DNA of 64,000 bases, from positions 1,488,001 to 1,552,000 of the forward strand of contig OZ251231.1 of NCBI GenBank assembly GCA_965240325.2. The letters are read 5' to 3'. Position 1 is the stretch's first letter; every line of letters begins with the position of its first letter. The position numbers and the translations under genes were made by a program. This DNA is from Rebecca billardiae RCC1528. Lineage: Eukaryota > Protista > Haptophyta. A model generated the notes under the pieces. It worked only from the letters and a program-made list of their open reading frames with translations. It was not told the origin of the DNA and ran no database searches. Shown one piece after another: positions 29,596 through 40,452 of the stretch.

Positions 29596-30975
29596 ATGGC
29601 GGCGACCGTTCGGCCGCGAGTCGTGGTCCTGGGCAGTGGCTGGGGCGGTTTCCGAGTGGCGCGCCGCCTGGACAAGGCACTCTTCGACGTGACGCTCGTC
29701 TCCCCCGCGAATCACTTCCTCTTCACGCCCCTCCTCCCCAGCACGGCCGTGGGCACGCTCGAGTTCCGATGCATTCAGGAGCCGGTCCGAACGATCAGTG
29801 GGCTTCGCTACCTGCAGGCGAAGGCCCACGCCGTGGACTTCGACGAGCGCTCCATTCGCTGCCGAGATGTGTTCAAGGAGGCTGTGTTTGACGTCCCCTA
29901 CGACAAGCTCGTGCTCGCCATGGGCTGCAAGACGAACACGTTCAACATTCCGGGCGTGGCCGAGCGCGAAGGCTCGCAGGTCTTCTATCTCAAGCACCTC
30001 TACCACGCACGGCTGATCCGCAACCGGATCATCGAGCTCTTCGAGCGCGCGAGCCAGCCGCACGTGACCAACACCGAGCGAGCACGCCTCCTCTCCTTCG
30101 TCGTCGTTGGCGGCGGCCCGACGAGCTGCGAGTTCACGTCCGAGCTGCACGACTTTGTGACGCGCGACGTGAGCCGCTGGTACCCTGACCTGGCCCAGGA
30201 GGTGCGCGTCACGCTGATCGAGGCCGGCCCCGCGCTGCTCGGCCCGCTGGACGCGTCGCTTCGCGAGTACACGCACCGCCTGTTCACCTCCAGGGCCGTG
30301 GACGTGCGCACTGGCGTCGCAGTGCGCGAGGTGGTGGACGCTCCCCCGGCGGCACGCGGCAGCTCGGGCCGGCGCGGCGGCTCAGCGGGCGCGACCGGCG
30401 GTGCGGGCGCATCGGCCAACTTCGCGCCACCGCCCCGCGCCGTGCTCTCTGACGGTGACGCCATCGACTTTGGGCTGATGGTGTGGTCTGCAGGCCTTTC
30501 GCCGGTCAAGCTGACCGAGTCCCTCCCCCTCGCCCGCGGCCCGACCGGCCGGCTGCTGATCGACGGATGCTGCCGCGTGCGCGAGCGTGCTGAGCTGGGC
30601 GACGTGTTCGCCATCGGCGACTGCGCGGTGCACGAGGAGCGCCCGCTCGCGCAGCTCGCGCAAGTTGCCGAGCAGCAGGGGCGGTACGTCGCCGACGTGC
30701 TCAACCACGGCGGTCATCCCGAGCGCGAGTTCGCCTTCTTCTCACTCGGATCCATGGTCTCGCTCGGCGACAATCGCGCCATCTACGACGGCACGCACGT
30801 GGGCGACCCGCACGGCGAGTATCAGCTGCGGCTCCCCCGGCTGCGCGGGCTCGTGGCATGGCTCATGTGGCGCGGAGGCTACACTGCGCGGCAAGTCTCG
30901 CTCGTGAACATGCTGCTGATACCGATGCATTGGCTGAAGACAGCGCTTTTCGGTCGCGACATCTCCCGTTTCTGA
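29596..30975 (+). CDS. Type II (alternative) NADH:quinone oxidoreductase
   Basis: VVVLGSGWGG, NHFLFTPLLPSTAVGTLE, YDKLVLAMG, VVVGGGPTSCE, VFAIGDCA, LAQVAEQQGRY. Confidence 0.93.
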   Translation: MAATVRPRVVVLGSGWGGFRVARRLDKALFDVTLVSPANHFLFTPLLPSTAVGTLEFRCIQEPVRTISGLRYLQAKAHAVDFDERSIRCRDVFKEAVFDVPYDKLVLAMGCKTNTFNIPGVAEREGSQVFYLKHLYHARLIRNRIIELFERASQPHVTNTERARLLSFVVVGGGPTSCEFTSELHDFVTRDVSRWYPDLAQEVRVTLIEAGPALLGPLDASLREYTHRLFTSRAVDVRTGVAVREVVDAPPAARGSSGRRGGSAGATGGAGASANFAPPPRAVLSDGDAIDFGLMVWSAGLSPVKLTESLPLARGPTGRLLIDGCCRVRERAELGDVFAIGDCAVHEERPLAQLAQVAEQQGRYVADVLNHGGHPEREFAFFSLGSMVSLGDNRAIYDGTHVGDPHGEYQLRLPRLRGLVAWLMWRGGYTARQVSLVNMLLIPMHWLKTALFGRDISRF

Positions 30976-31472
30976 TGAATCTGAAAGCTGAGGAGGATGG
31001 ACCTGCTCGGGCTGCTTGCGCGGCTGGACCAGTGGACCTCGCGACGGCGACGGGGCCGCGTACGTTGCGTCACTCAGATGCCGTTGGTCCGCCCGCATTA
31101 TCACAATTCACATCGCGATCGGCTACATGATCAGCGCATTCAGTCCGCGCAGCATCATCAGTAATGCCGCTGGGCACCGCCGTCGCATGGCCCGCCGCAC
31201 CGGGGCGCACGGCGCAGCAATGCCAGCATGCAGTCGTTGGCTGCGCCGGTAATAATAGTGCTATCAGATTATTAATTACGTATACGACTACACACACACA
31301 CATATATATATATATAATATATATTGCCGTGCTAATAATATTTACTGATGCTATATATATATGCTAATGCTACTAGGACGACGATCAGACCCGCACACCG
31401 GGTGACTCGTCATCGACATCTGAGCGCGCGGGCGGCAGTGCGGGGCGTACTAATATTAAAATTGGCTGGCGG

Positions 31473-32777
31473 TTACGCCGTGCTCACGATGAGGAACGCG
31501 GCGTCGTGCGCCTCAAGGTGCTTCGCAACGTAGGTCTCCTGACTGCCAAAGACACCGACGTCCGCGCGGCGCCACACGTCGCGCACGGCGCACTTACCGC
31601 CCGTGGCAGCAGCACAGGCGAGACTGGGCACGTCGCCGAAAGCGAGCCGCAGGTCGCTCGCGCTTGATGCGTGGTTCATCAGCAGCACGGCGACGCGCGC
31701 ACCGCCCTCGTCGAGCGGCTTGTACAGGTACTGCCACGCCGGCACGTCGACGGGCGCGTCCCCGACCCCCTTTGGATGCGCGAGCAGCACGCGCTCGGCG
31801 GCCTGCTGGAACACGGTGCCCGAGTGGCCCGCCCACGCCTGGTTCACGGCGATTGCCTCGCGGTTGGAGATGATCGGCCACAGCGCGTCGCTGGTCGTGC
31901 GGTCGCGCAGGTCGTGCGACAGGATGAGCGGCGAGCTGACGATGCACCACGCCCCGAAGTGCGCGCGCGACTCTGCGAGCGAGAGCCCCGGCAGCGAGCC
32001 GTTGGGGCAGCCGAGCTCCAGCATGTCGGGGTACGCCCAGCAGCCGGGCGCGCTCAGACCGGAGCTGGCCAGCGGCCACACGGTCTGCAGGTTTGCGACG
32101 ACGCTTGCGTACCACGGGCGGATGTCTGTGGACGTGCGGTAGAAGTGGAACGGGCACCACGTCGCGTTGGGCAGCGTGCGCCCCCAGTGGCAGTTCTCAA
32201 TGACCACCGGACGCCCCGTCGCCTTGATCATGCGCGCGTACATGTCCAGATCCCACTGGCCCGAGCAGCCGTCGAGCTTGACCCCGTCGAAGCCGAACTC
32301 GGTGAGCGCGACGATATCGCCGCGATAGCACTTGGTTGCCGCACAGCTGTCGCTGCAGATGCAATTGTTCAGGTACCACCCGGCCGTGAGCCCTTGCGCA
32401 TGCGCGTGTGCAGTCAGCGCTTCAAAGTCGGGAAAGCGCGAACGATTCACGATGGGGCTGCCGAGTGCGTCGTGGAATGTGAAACCCTCGGGGCCGTACT
32501 TGCCACAGAGCTGCCAGCCATCATCGAGCCCCACGTTGCCGTAGCCAAGATCAAGCAGGCTTGTGGGCTCGCCGTCAACGTGACGGTCGCGCGCCGCGAC
32601 GAGATCCATCATCTGCACCATCAGCTCCTGCGTCACGTGACCGTAGAAGGTGTTCCACGAGCGCCAGCCCATCGGCGGGCGGCGCGCGAGGCCATCGTCC
32701 AGCGCGTGCGTGCCTGGCGCGCTGAAGAGTACGGCGAGAAGCACGCCGGAGCGTCGAGCTGCGTTGCGACCGCTCAT
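31473..32777 (-). CDS. Secreted alpha-galactosidase / alpha-N-acetylgalactosaminidase, GH27
   Basis: Signal peptide followed by LDDGLARRPPMGWRSWN, LDDGWQ, VKLDGC (nucleophile), RTSTDI (acid/base), WAYPDMLE and HFGAWCIVSSPLILSHDL. Confidence 0.92.
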   Translation of the reverse strand: MSGRNAARRSGVLLAVLFSAPGTHALDDGLARRPPMGWRSWNTFYGHVTQELMVQMMDLVAARDRHVDGEPTSLLDLGYGNVGLDDGWQLCGKYGPEGFTFHDALGSPIVNRSRFPDFEALTAHAHAQGLTAGWYLNNCICSDSCAATKCYRGDIVALTEFGFDGVKLDGCSGQWDLDMYARMIKATGRPVVIENCHWGRTLPNATWCPFHFYRTSTDIRPWYASVVANLQTVWPLASSGLSAPGCWAYPDMLELGCPNGSLPGLSLAESRAHFGAWCIVSSPLILSHDLRDRTTSDALWPIISNREAIAVNQAWAGHSGTVFQQAAERVLLAHPKGVGDAPVDVPAWQYLYKPLDEGGARVAVLLMNHASSASDLRLAFGDVPSLACAAATGGKCAVRDVWRRADVGVFGSQETYVAKHLEAHDAAFLIVSTA

Positions 32778-33075
32778 GGTCGACCGTCTGGAAGGCGCGG
32801 ACTCGGCGAGCGGCGGGCCGCCGCGGCGGCCGCGCAGATTGCATATGATGATGATTGTTATTAGCATTTTTGCGCGGATTGATTGATTTCCGACGATGAT
32901 GTCATGATCAGCATCAAGAACTACGTCGTCAGTGTCATGATCAGATGATGGTGATGTCAATTGTCATCAGGCATCAGCGCGCTACGGTACGAAGACTACG
33001 TAGTACATGAGCAAGTGTGCGCCGCGGGCCGCGGAGTAGAGCCGCGGATGCGCGCGCTGTGATCGGTGGCCGGTG

Positions 33076-34779
33076 TCAGCTACTGTCTCCGAGGCTGTTT
33101 CCGCGGGGGAGCGAATGCCCCGCCCCCGCCTCGTCCGCCTCGCGCGCGCCACCGCGATCCGCAGCCGCGCCGTTGCCGTTGGGCATCAATGGCATCATGG
33201 CCACGCCGTTTGAGCCCTTGCTGCCGAGCTGCTGCTTGCTGTGACTGCCGACTGCCATGCGCACGATCGAGTTGACGACAAGCCCGCCGACGCGAAAGCG
33301 GCGGTTGTCGCGCACGCTTCTCACGTGCGCGCGGTTCTTGCGCATCGAGTGCTGCCGCATCATCTGCCACTCCTCCTCGCCCGTGAAGCGCTCGCTGGTC
33401 GCCTCCTCGTCGACCGCGTCGCGCTGCAGCCAAGGGTGCTGCAGCGCCTCGCGCGCGGTGAGGCGCGTGAGCGCGTCTCGATCGAGCAGCCGCATGATGA
33501 GGTCCTTCGCCTCGGCAGACACCCGGCCCCACACCTTCTGGTCGGACATGTCGACCGGCGCGTGCAGGATCAGCTCGTTCAGCAGGTCGTCGTCCTCGTC
33601 GACGAACGGAGGCGAGCCGTTGAGCAGCTCATACGCGATGCAGCCGAGCGCCCAGCAGTCGACCGACTCGTCGTAGTGGTCGTCCTCCGCCTCGTCCGCA
33701 CCGAGCTCGTCCTGCGAGACCGCGGGGCGCTGCCGGCGCTGCAGCATGCGCACCTGCTCGGGCGCCATGTAGTCAGGCGTGCCCACCAGGTTGGCCAGCT
33801 TCGCCGCCGACTTTCGCGAGAAGGACGAGCCCGACGACCTGGCGGTGGACTTTGTGAGCCCGTGTGCGAGCGTGGGCGGCCTGGTCGGCAAGCTCGCGCG
33901 CTTCGCGTGCTCGAGCGCGCGCGAGTCGCCACGCTCGATGCGCGGCGTGCCGTCGTCGTTGCGGATGCGCGCGGCGAAGCCAAAGTCGGTCAGCTTCACC
34001 GTGCCGATCTCGCCGTGCTCCGTCGACGTGCACAGCAGGTTCTCCGGCTTGATGTCGCGGTGCGCCACGCCCGCGTCGTCGTGCAGGTAGCACACGGCCT
34101 CCGCGCACTGGCGGAAGATGGCGCGCGCGTGCTCCTCGTCGAAGCGCGCGACTTGGTCGATCTTCGAGAGGAGCTCGCCGCCAGGCGCCAGCTCGATCAC
34201 AAAGTACACGTTGCGTGGCGCCGTGATCACGCCGTGGTGCCGGATGATGTTCTCGTGCACGCACCGGCTCCAGATCTTGGCCTCGTCCTGCGCCCTGCGC
34301 GCGTGATCGACCGAGAAGGTCTTGATCGCGACGGTGGCGCGCAGCTGGCGGTCGAAGGCGAGGTGCACCGTGGCGAACGCGCCGGCGCCAAGCTGCCCCA
34401 CAATCTCGAACCGCTCGTCAAAGTGTGACTGCTGCGCGCACATGTCGATTGCCGAGTTCCACGCGTCGGCAAAGTCGTCGTGCGTCATCGCCGACACGTC
34501 GGGCGCCCGGGCGATGGAGCGGCTCCAGGCGTCTGGCATGTGCGGGTGAAGCTTCGCGGCAGGCAAGCGCGCGCGGAGCTCCGCCACCACGTCCGATATT
34601 TCCACGCGCTCGTGCGCGAGCGGGCCAACGCACGAGGCATAGATGTCGTGCAGCGCCAGCTCTGTGGCCATGGCGAGATCCAAGCGCTCGAGAGCGGCAC
34701 GCGCGTGAGGATCGCGCTTCGCAAGCGGGCCCAGGAGCGCCGCTCGCCTGAGGGGATCGTCTCGGAGCGCACCCTCCAT
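33076..34779 (-). CDS. CAMK-group Ser/Thr protein kinase
   Basis: LGAGAFATV, VAIK, HRDIKPENLL, DFG, GTPDYMAPE, DCWALG. Long activation-loop insert and a C-terminal basic amphipathic NRRFRVGGLVVNSIVRMA segment resembling a calmodulin-binding helix. Confidence 0.9.
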   Translation of the reverse strand: MEGALRDDPLRRAALLGPLAKRDPHARAALERLDLAMATELALHDIYASCVGPLAHERVEISDVVAELRARLPAAKLHPHMPDAWSRSIARAPDVSAMTHDDFADAWNSAIDMCAQQSHFDERFEIVGQLGAGAFATVHLAFDRQLRATVAIKTFSVDHARRAQDEAKIWSRCVHENIIRHHGVITAPRNVYFVIELAPGGELLSKIDQVARFDEEHARAIFRQCAEAVCYLHDDAGVAHRDIKPENLLCTSTEHGEIGTVKLTDFGFAARIRNDDGTPRIERGDSRALEHAKRASLPTRPPTLAHGLTKSTARSSGSSFSRKSAAKLANLVGTPDYMAPEQVRMLQRRQRPAVSQDELGADEAEDDHYDESVDCWALGCIAYELLNGSPPFVDEDDDLLNELILHAPVDMSDQKVWGRVSAEAKDLIMRLLDRDALTRLTAREALQHPWLQRDAVDEEATSERFTGEEEWQMMRQHSMRKNRAHVRSVRDNRRFRVGGLVVNSIVRMAVGSHSKQQLGSKGSNGVAMMPLMPNGNGAAADRGGAREADEAGAGHSLPRGNSLGDSS

Positions 34780-34933
34780 CTCGTGCCGCGTGCTGCCCAA
34801 GTGGGCGCAGCTCCGCGAGGAGCCCTCAACTCCACAAGATGAACCGCTGCCACCGTAGCCCTGATGCGCGGGTATGGCGGGTAAAGGGAATATGCTGTGC
34901 CCACCGGCACAGCTAACCGAAAAAACGACACTG

Positions 34934-34952
34934 TTACCCCCATACCCCCATA
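34934..34952 (-). promoter_or_regulatory. Candidate cis-element TATGGGGGTAA (two overlapping copies here; also at 5854-5864 and 49486-49496)
   Basis: The exact 11-mer recurs in three different upstream regions. Its function is inferred only. Confidence 0.35.
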
Positions 34953-34985
34953 ATGCCGCCATTGTCAACACCGGATTACAGGGGC

Positions 34986-37227
34986 ATGAGCACCGGACAA
35001 CACCACGTGCGAACGCCGATGGCGATGGCCGCCACGCGATCCTCCGCGTGGCAATGGATCGGCTTGATGTTGGTGCTCCTCTGCGCCGGCACGGCATGTC
35101 TTGAGCCTGAGATCGAGGCTCTCGTCTCGCAGGTGCGTGCGGACGACCTGCTCATCGCCTGCCGCGCATACGGTCTGAGCGTGCCTCCCGGCGCGAGCCG
35201 GGAAGAGATTGCTGCTGTCATGATGCAGCACGGACCCACAGCCGAGCTCCTTCGGCGAGAGGTGCGCGCGAGCACTGCGCGTGCCGCGGCCGATCTCGTG
35301 GCCATTATCGCGCGTGCGGACCACCCGTGCGGCTCCTTCGCCCTCGCCTCCCCAGCCACGTGCTCGTGGCTGCTGGCAGCAGCCGCACCGGTGCTCATGA
35401 GCCGCCCGCGCGCGTGCTCGCGCCTCGCACCCTCGCCACCCTCTCGCTGCGCACGCGTGCAGGCGCGCGCGAGAAGCGGCGGCGAGGGCGGTGCTGGGGC
35501 GGAGGCCGAAACGGCTCCGGCCAGTACCCCCGCCGAGGACTCGACCCCTGACGCCGCTGCAGACCTGCCAGAGGGTGGGGGCTCGGTGGACGAGCAGATG
35601 AGCGGTGGCTGGGGTGACGACGACGACGACGACGAGCTCGAGATTGTCGATCTCGATGACGAGACCGACGAGGCGCAATCTGCTGGCGCGGCCTCGGTGG
35701 AATCGCCTGACGAGCCGGCACGCGCGGCGGCCGATGCATCCACGCCACCCGCCGGGACAGACGCGGATGCAGACGCCGCGGCCGCAGCGGACGAGATGGC
35801 GGCAGCAGACGCGCCTTCCGGCGCAAGCCGCGAGGCTGCGGAAGCGGCGGCGGCGGCGGCTGAGCCGGAGTCCGCCGACGATGCGGGAGTGGACGAGCTG
35901 GCGCGTGATCCTGGCTCCATGCCGCCACCTGCCGAGCCTGCCCCGCGCATGCCGGCGGCTGACTCGAGCAGGCGCGCAGACCCTGCGGACGAGGGAGGCC
36001 AGCCTGGCGCTGCTCGCGCCGCGCGATGGGGGGGCGGCTCGGGCGGCGCGGAGGACGCTGAGCGGACGGCTGAGGGCGAGCACGACCTCTCGGGCGACGT
36101 GGAGGACGGCGCGACGCGCCGGGGCCGGGACGCGGATGCCGCACACCCCGAGGAGGCCGACACGGACAGCGCCTCCAGCGCCGCGCGCCCCCTGCTGCTC
36201 GACGGCGCCCTCAACCGCCTCTTCGTGCTCGCGGACGCGGACGACGACCTCAAGCTGTCGCAGCGCGACATGCTGGACGGGATCGTCGGCGCGGGGCAGA
36301 TGTTGCTGAGCACGTACGGCTGTGCGCTGCCCCCCGGCACGTCGATCAGCGTGCGCCAGCTCATGGACGGCCTGAGTGAGCTCTTCGACGCATGCGACGC
36401 GGTGCGCGCGTCGCGCGCGCGTGTGCTCACGACCCGTGCGCACTCCCGGGTGCCGGCGCAGCCAGCCGCAGCAGCCTCCGTCCGCCCCCGCGCCGCACGC
36501 CCCGCGCACACCCCACGCAGCCTGACGACGCTGCCACCCCACTCCACCCCCGCGCGCGCCCCCAATCGTCGCAGGATGGCGACGGCCTGCTCTCGCTCAC
36601 CGAGGCGCAAGCCCCGCGCTGCCGCGGCTATTTGCTCGAGCAGCTCGAAGGGCTGGAGTGCGATGGGGACGGCGAGGCGGAGCGGCCCGGTGCGCGGAGC
36701 AGCGGGCCGTGGCTGCTGCGCCTCGTGCGCACGCCGGGCGAGGCGCTGCTCGACGCTCACCGCAGGTGCGCACCCTCGGACGCCCGCGCGCATCCGCGCG
36801 GGGCATGCCGCGCTCCTGCAGCGCGACTGCCCGCTCTCACGCGCGCCGCCGCACCACGCGGACGCTCCGCATGCGCGCGCGCAGGGCGGCGTCCGACGCG
36901 CTTCGCGGGTGGCGCAATGCTCTGCACGCAGGCCGCAGTGCCTTCGGCCAGGTCGCAGCGTCCGTCGCGCGTGCGGCCGACGCAGCCCTCCTGCGGTCGA
37001 GCCCACTCGGCAGGAGCATCGGCGAGCGGCTGCGAGACGTGGACTGGGAGGCGCTCGTCATCTCGCTGCGCACGCACGCCATCTGGCTGAGCGTGGGCTT
37101 GGCGTTTGGGCTGTGCGTGACGCAGTCCCCGTCGGGCGACGAGCGTTACCCGCTCTTCACGACGGGAGACGGTGCCGGCGGCACGGGTGCCGGCGACGGT
37201 GCCGACGAGTGGGTGGACGACGACTAG
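34986..37227 (+). CDS. Secretory-pathway protein: signal peptide, small helical domain, acidic low-complexity region, two EF-hands, C-terminal hydrophobic segment; introns 35262-35462, 36402-36574 and 36766-36884
   Basis: WQWIGLMLVLLCAGTAC signal. EF loops DADDDLKLSQRD and, after splicing, DADGDGLLSLTE. C-terminal AIWLSVGLAFGLCV. The start may be at 35019. Confidence 0.65.
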
Positions 37228-38837
37228 AAGAACGGTGCAACCACTCACCAGCGGCCTCCCCAGGCGCAGGCGGCAGGGGAAGCGGCCACCGTCCACAACT
37301 TCCGGGGCGCTGGAAGCGGACCAAGCATGGGCGCAACATGCCAGGCTTGGCGCCACGGGAAAGGCTCCGCGAGGCTTCGCGGGGCTCTTTGCATCTCGAG
37401 ACCTCGCCAGATGGGCTTCATGCGTCTGGCATCGTGGGTCATCCGGCGGGCTCGCAGGCAGTGGCGCCTCTGCCACAGTCGGCAGTCACGGACACGGACG
37501 CGTAACTACGGCGTAGCCTGACCATAAGCCTAAGGCTACGGCTGCGCCGTGCGGCCGTGCGCTGCCACTGCCCGAGCCGTCGGCGTCGGCTCGCGCGCGT
37601 GGCCGTGAGACTGTGGCCCGGTGCCGGTGGACATGGTCCGAGCCCGAGTCCTGAGCAGAGCTGATAATCGCTGAGCCCGCGAATACCGCCCGACGACGGG
37701 CAACACTGCCAACAGTTACAGTGGTTACAGCCTAAACTATCACGCATTAATGCCAACTAGAACTACGCTTATGTCGTGTCAGACGCAGAGTTCGGCCGTG
37801 CGGAGACGCTGAGCCCGAGTGCGGCAGTGTCGTCGTCGTCGTACGACGGTACGTAAGCTACTGACGAGTCGATAAGCGGGTCGACGGTCGTAGTTACGGT
37901 ACAGGTCGATGAGGGCAGCGGCCCAATGGCGCCCACTGGGCGTGGTGCATGGCGCCCGCCTCGCACGCGCTACAGCGCCCGGTGAGGTGGACGCAAGTCT
38001 GTCGAGACGCGTCACATGTGTGCCCAAGGTGCATGCCTGGCACATCCGCTCGTTTGCCGGCCGCTCCGCTGCCCATGCCTGGCCTGCACGCACCAAACGT
38101 AGCCGCCGAACGTGCCCCGCCACTGTGAGACGGCCGCGAACCGCGATGCACGGTGCCCTTCAGTGACGTGAGCAAGGTAGTCTACTACTGCAAGGGGACG
38201 CCAACCTGACGGCTGGCCATGCCATGGGAGGTAGTAGGGACGTCAGACACGCGCCAAGAGCCCATGGGAAGCTTGCTCTCCCCAGTTGGTGAGCTCGTCG
38301 GGCGTGCGCACGCGGTTTGTCTCAAAGTGCCCCCCCCCCCCCCCCAAGTGAGACAAACTTGATGGTGCTCGTGCTCCTCAACGGCATGGAGTTAGCCCAC
38401 GAGACTCGCAGCTTGAACTCTTCGTCTGATGCCCTCCACGACGACGTGCGCGAAGGGCGTGAGCGCCATCGCGGTGGAGCGCAAAACACGATCCGGGAGT
38501 TTGCCGATGTCTCATTCTGCCCTCACCCACCTGCACAGAATACTAATAAGAATAGAGACGACGACAGTATTCGTGTATGCCGGGATACGAACTCCGATCT
38601 ATTAAAATGCTTCCGACGAAGGTCACTTGAACAACCTTCTGTGAGGAACTCGTCACTCGGCTACATTTTACATTTTTACATTACAGTTTACTATGATTTA
38701 ACGTGCACACTTATTGGTTAAAGGCGTGATTGTATCCATCGTCCCCGTGACGCCACCGCCGCCGGCAGGGACGGGCGCACGGCAAGGCCCTTGCGCACGG
38801 GCAAGCGCGCGGTGCATCCTCGAGGTGCAGACACATC

Positions 38838-40022
38838 ATGGCAGTCACAGATCACGGGTTCCGAGAGTGGTTGGAGAAGCACAAGCGCGCCTTCGAAGCG
38901 GTCGCCGCGTGCTGTAGCTACGCATTCTGCTCGATCTCGCTGTCGCTCTTCAACAAGCTTGTCTTCTCTGGGATCGACTTCAACTATCCCGTGTCGATCT
39001 GCGCCTTCCAGTCGTGCTTTGCGGTGGTCTTCCTCCAGCTTGGCGACTGTCTGAAATTGTCACAGCCCGTGCCGCTGAGCAAAAGTGCGCGCCACTAAGC
39101 CCACGCGCGAGCGCCGTGCCTGAATGCGAAGCTGACCGCTCGCCCCGCGTGCCGCGCAGAGTTATTCCTCGTGATGCTGCCGGTTTCGCTGCTGTTCTGC
39201 CTGATGCTGTGGACGGGGGGAAAGGCCCTGCGCGAGGTCTCGATGCCCGTCTTCACTGTCTTCAAGAACCTCTGCGTGCCGGGCATCTCGCTGTGGGAGT
39301 GGTGCAGGCACGGCCAGCGCTTCTCGCGCGGCATCCTTGCGAGCATGGCGCTCATGGTCGTGGGCTCTACGTTCGCTGCCGCTGGCGACTTGACGGCGAC
39401 GCTCCGGGGAATCGCTTGGCTGCACGTCAACACAGCCATCACCATCGCATACATGGCATCGCTCAAGGAGATCATCCCGCCCGACATCAACTCCGCGGCG
39501 AAGGCGATGCACAACAACATCCTCACACTCATCATCTTCCTCGGCACATCCGCGTCAACCGGCGAGCTCTGGGACTTCGCGCGCGCGCTGCGACGGCAGG
39601 AGACGGGATTTCAGCTGGCGCTTGTCGTGACAGGCGTGCTCGGCACGGCAATCAACGTCAGCACATTTTGGCTGATGCGCGTGGCCGCGGGCTCCACGTA
39701 TGCCTTTGTCGGCGCGTCAAACAAGGTCCCAATCGCGCTGATCGGCCACTTCGCCTTCCACTCAGCGCTCACCGTGTACGGATGGGTGGGAGTCGCCTTC
39801 GGGTTGGCATCGGGCTTCCTGTATGCTTACTGCAAGGATCTGCAGAGGCGGCGCGAGCTCGAGACGAGCACCGACGAGAAGTCCCAGCTCATGGAGGAGG
39901 CCACGGGCCTTGCTGAGACGGATGATCATGACGTGGAGACGACCGCGGTGCCAGTCCATCAAGATGGCGCTGCTGGTGTCACGCAGGCTGCTGCACCTGG
40001 CAGTGCCAACCAGGATGCATAG
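38838..40022 (+). CDS. Golgi GDP-sugar (GDP-mannose-type, GONST/VRG4-like) transporter; intron 39085-39159
   Basis: YAFCSISLSLFNKLV, PVFTVFKNL, HNNIL and STYAFVGASNKVP (variant of the GxLNK motif). About 10 TM helices. Confidence 0.85.
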
Positions 40023-40452
40023 ACTCTTCTTCGAGTCTGCACGGACCTAACGTCACGCGTCATGATCCTCTGGACAGGTGGGGCCACACGGACCGATGCT
40101 GATACTACTACCGACAAGTACTAAGTAGCCGCGACTGCCGCGTGTCACTGTAGCGCCGTAGCCCGTAGGCCGTAGTAGGCCGTACGGGCGTGTTAACGGT
40201 GCCGGCGGCCAGTGGCAGTGCCCGCCCAGTGTCGGTGAATAGTCTGACTATATATACTTCTGTGATGACGCGATGATACTTTATATCGATCGATTAGTCG
40301 TAGCAGTATACTAGCTGCTACGACGTATGTCGGCCAGCCAGTCTACTCAGACCACCGTAGCCGCATGATGCCCCGAATATTAGTCTACTATAGGCAGAGT
40401 CACTGACTGATCGATCAATCGACGTCGTATATTGGAAGTGGGACTTGTACCA

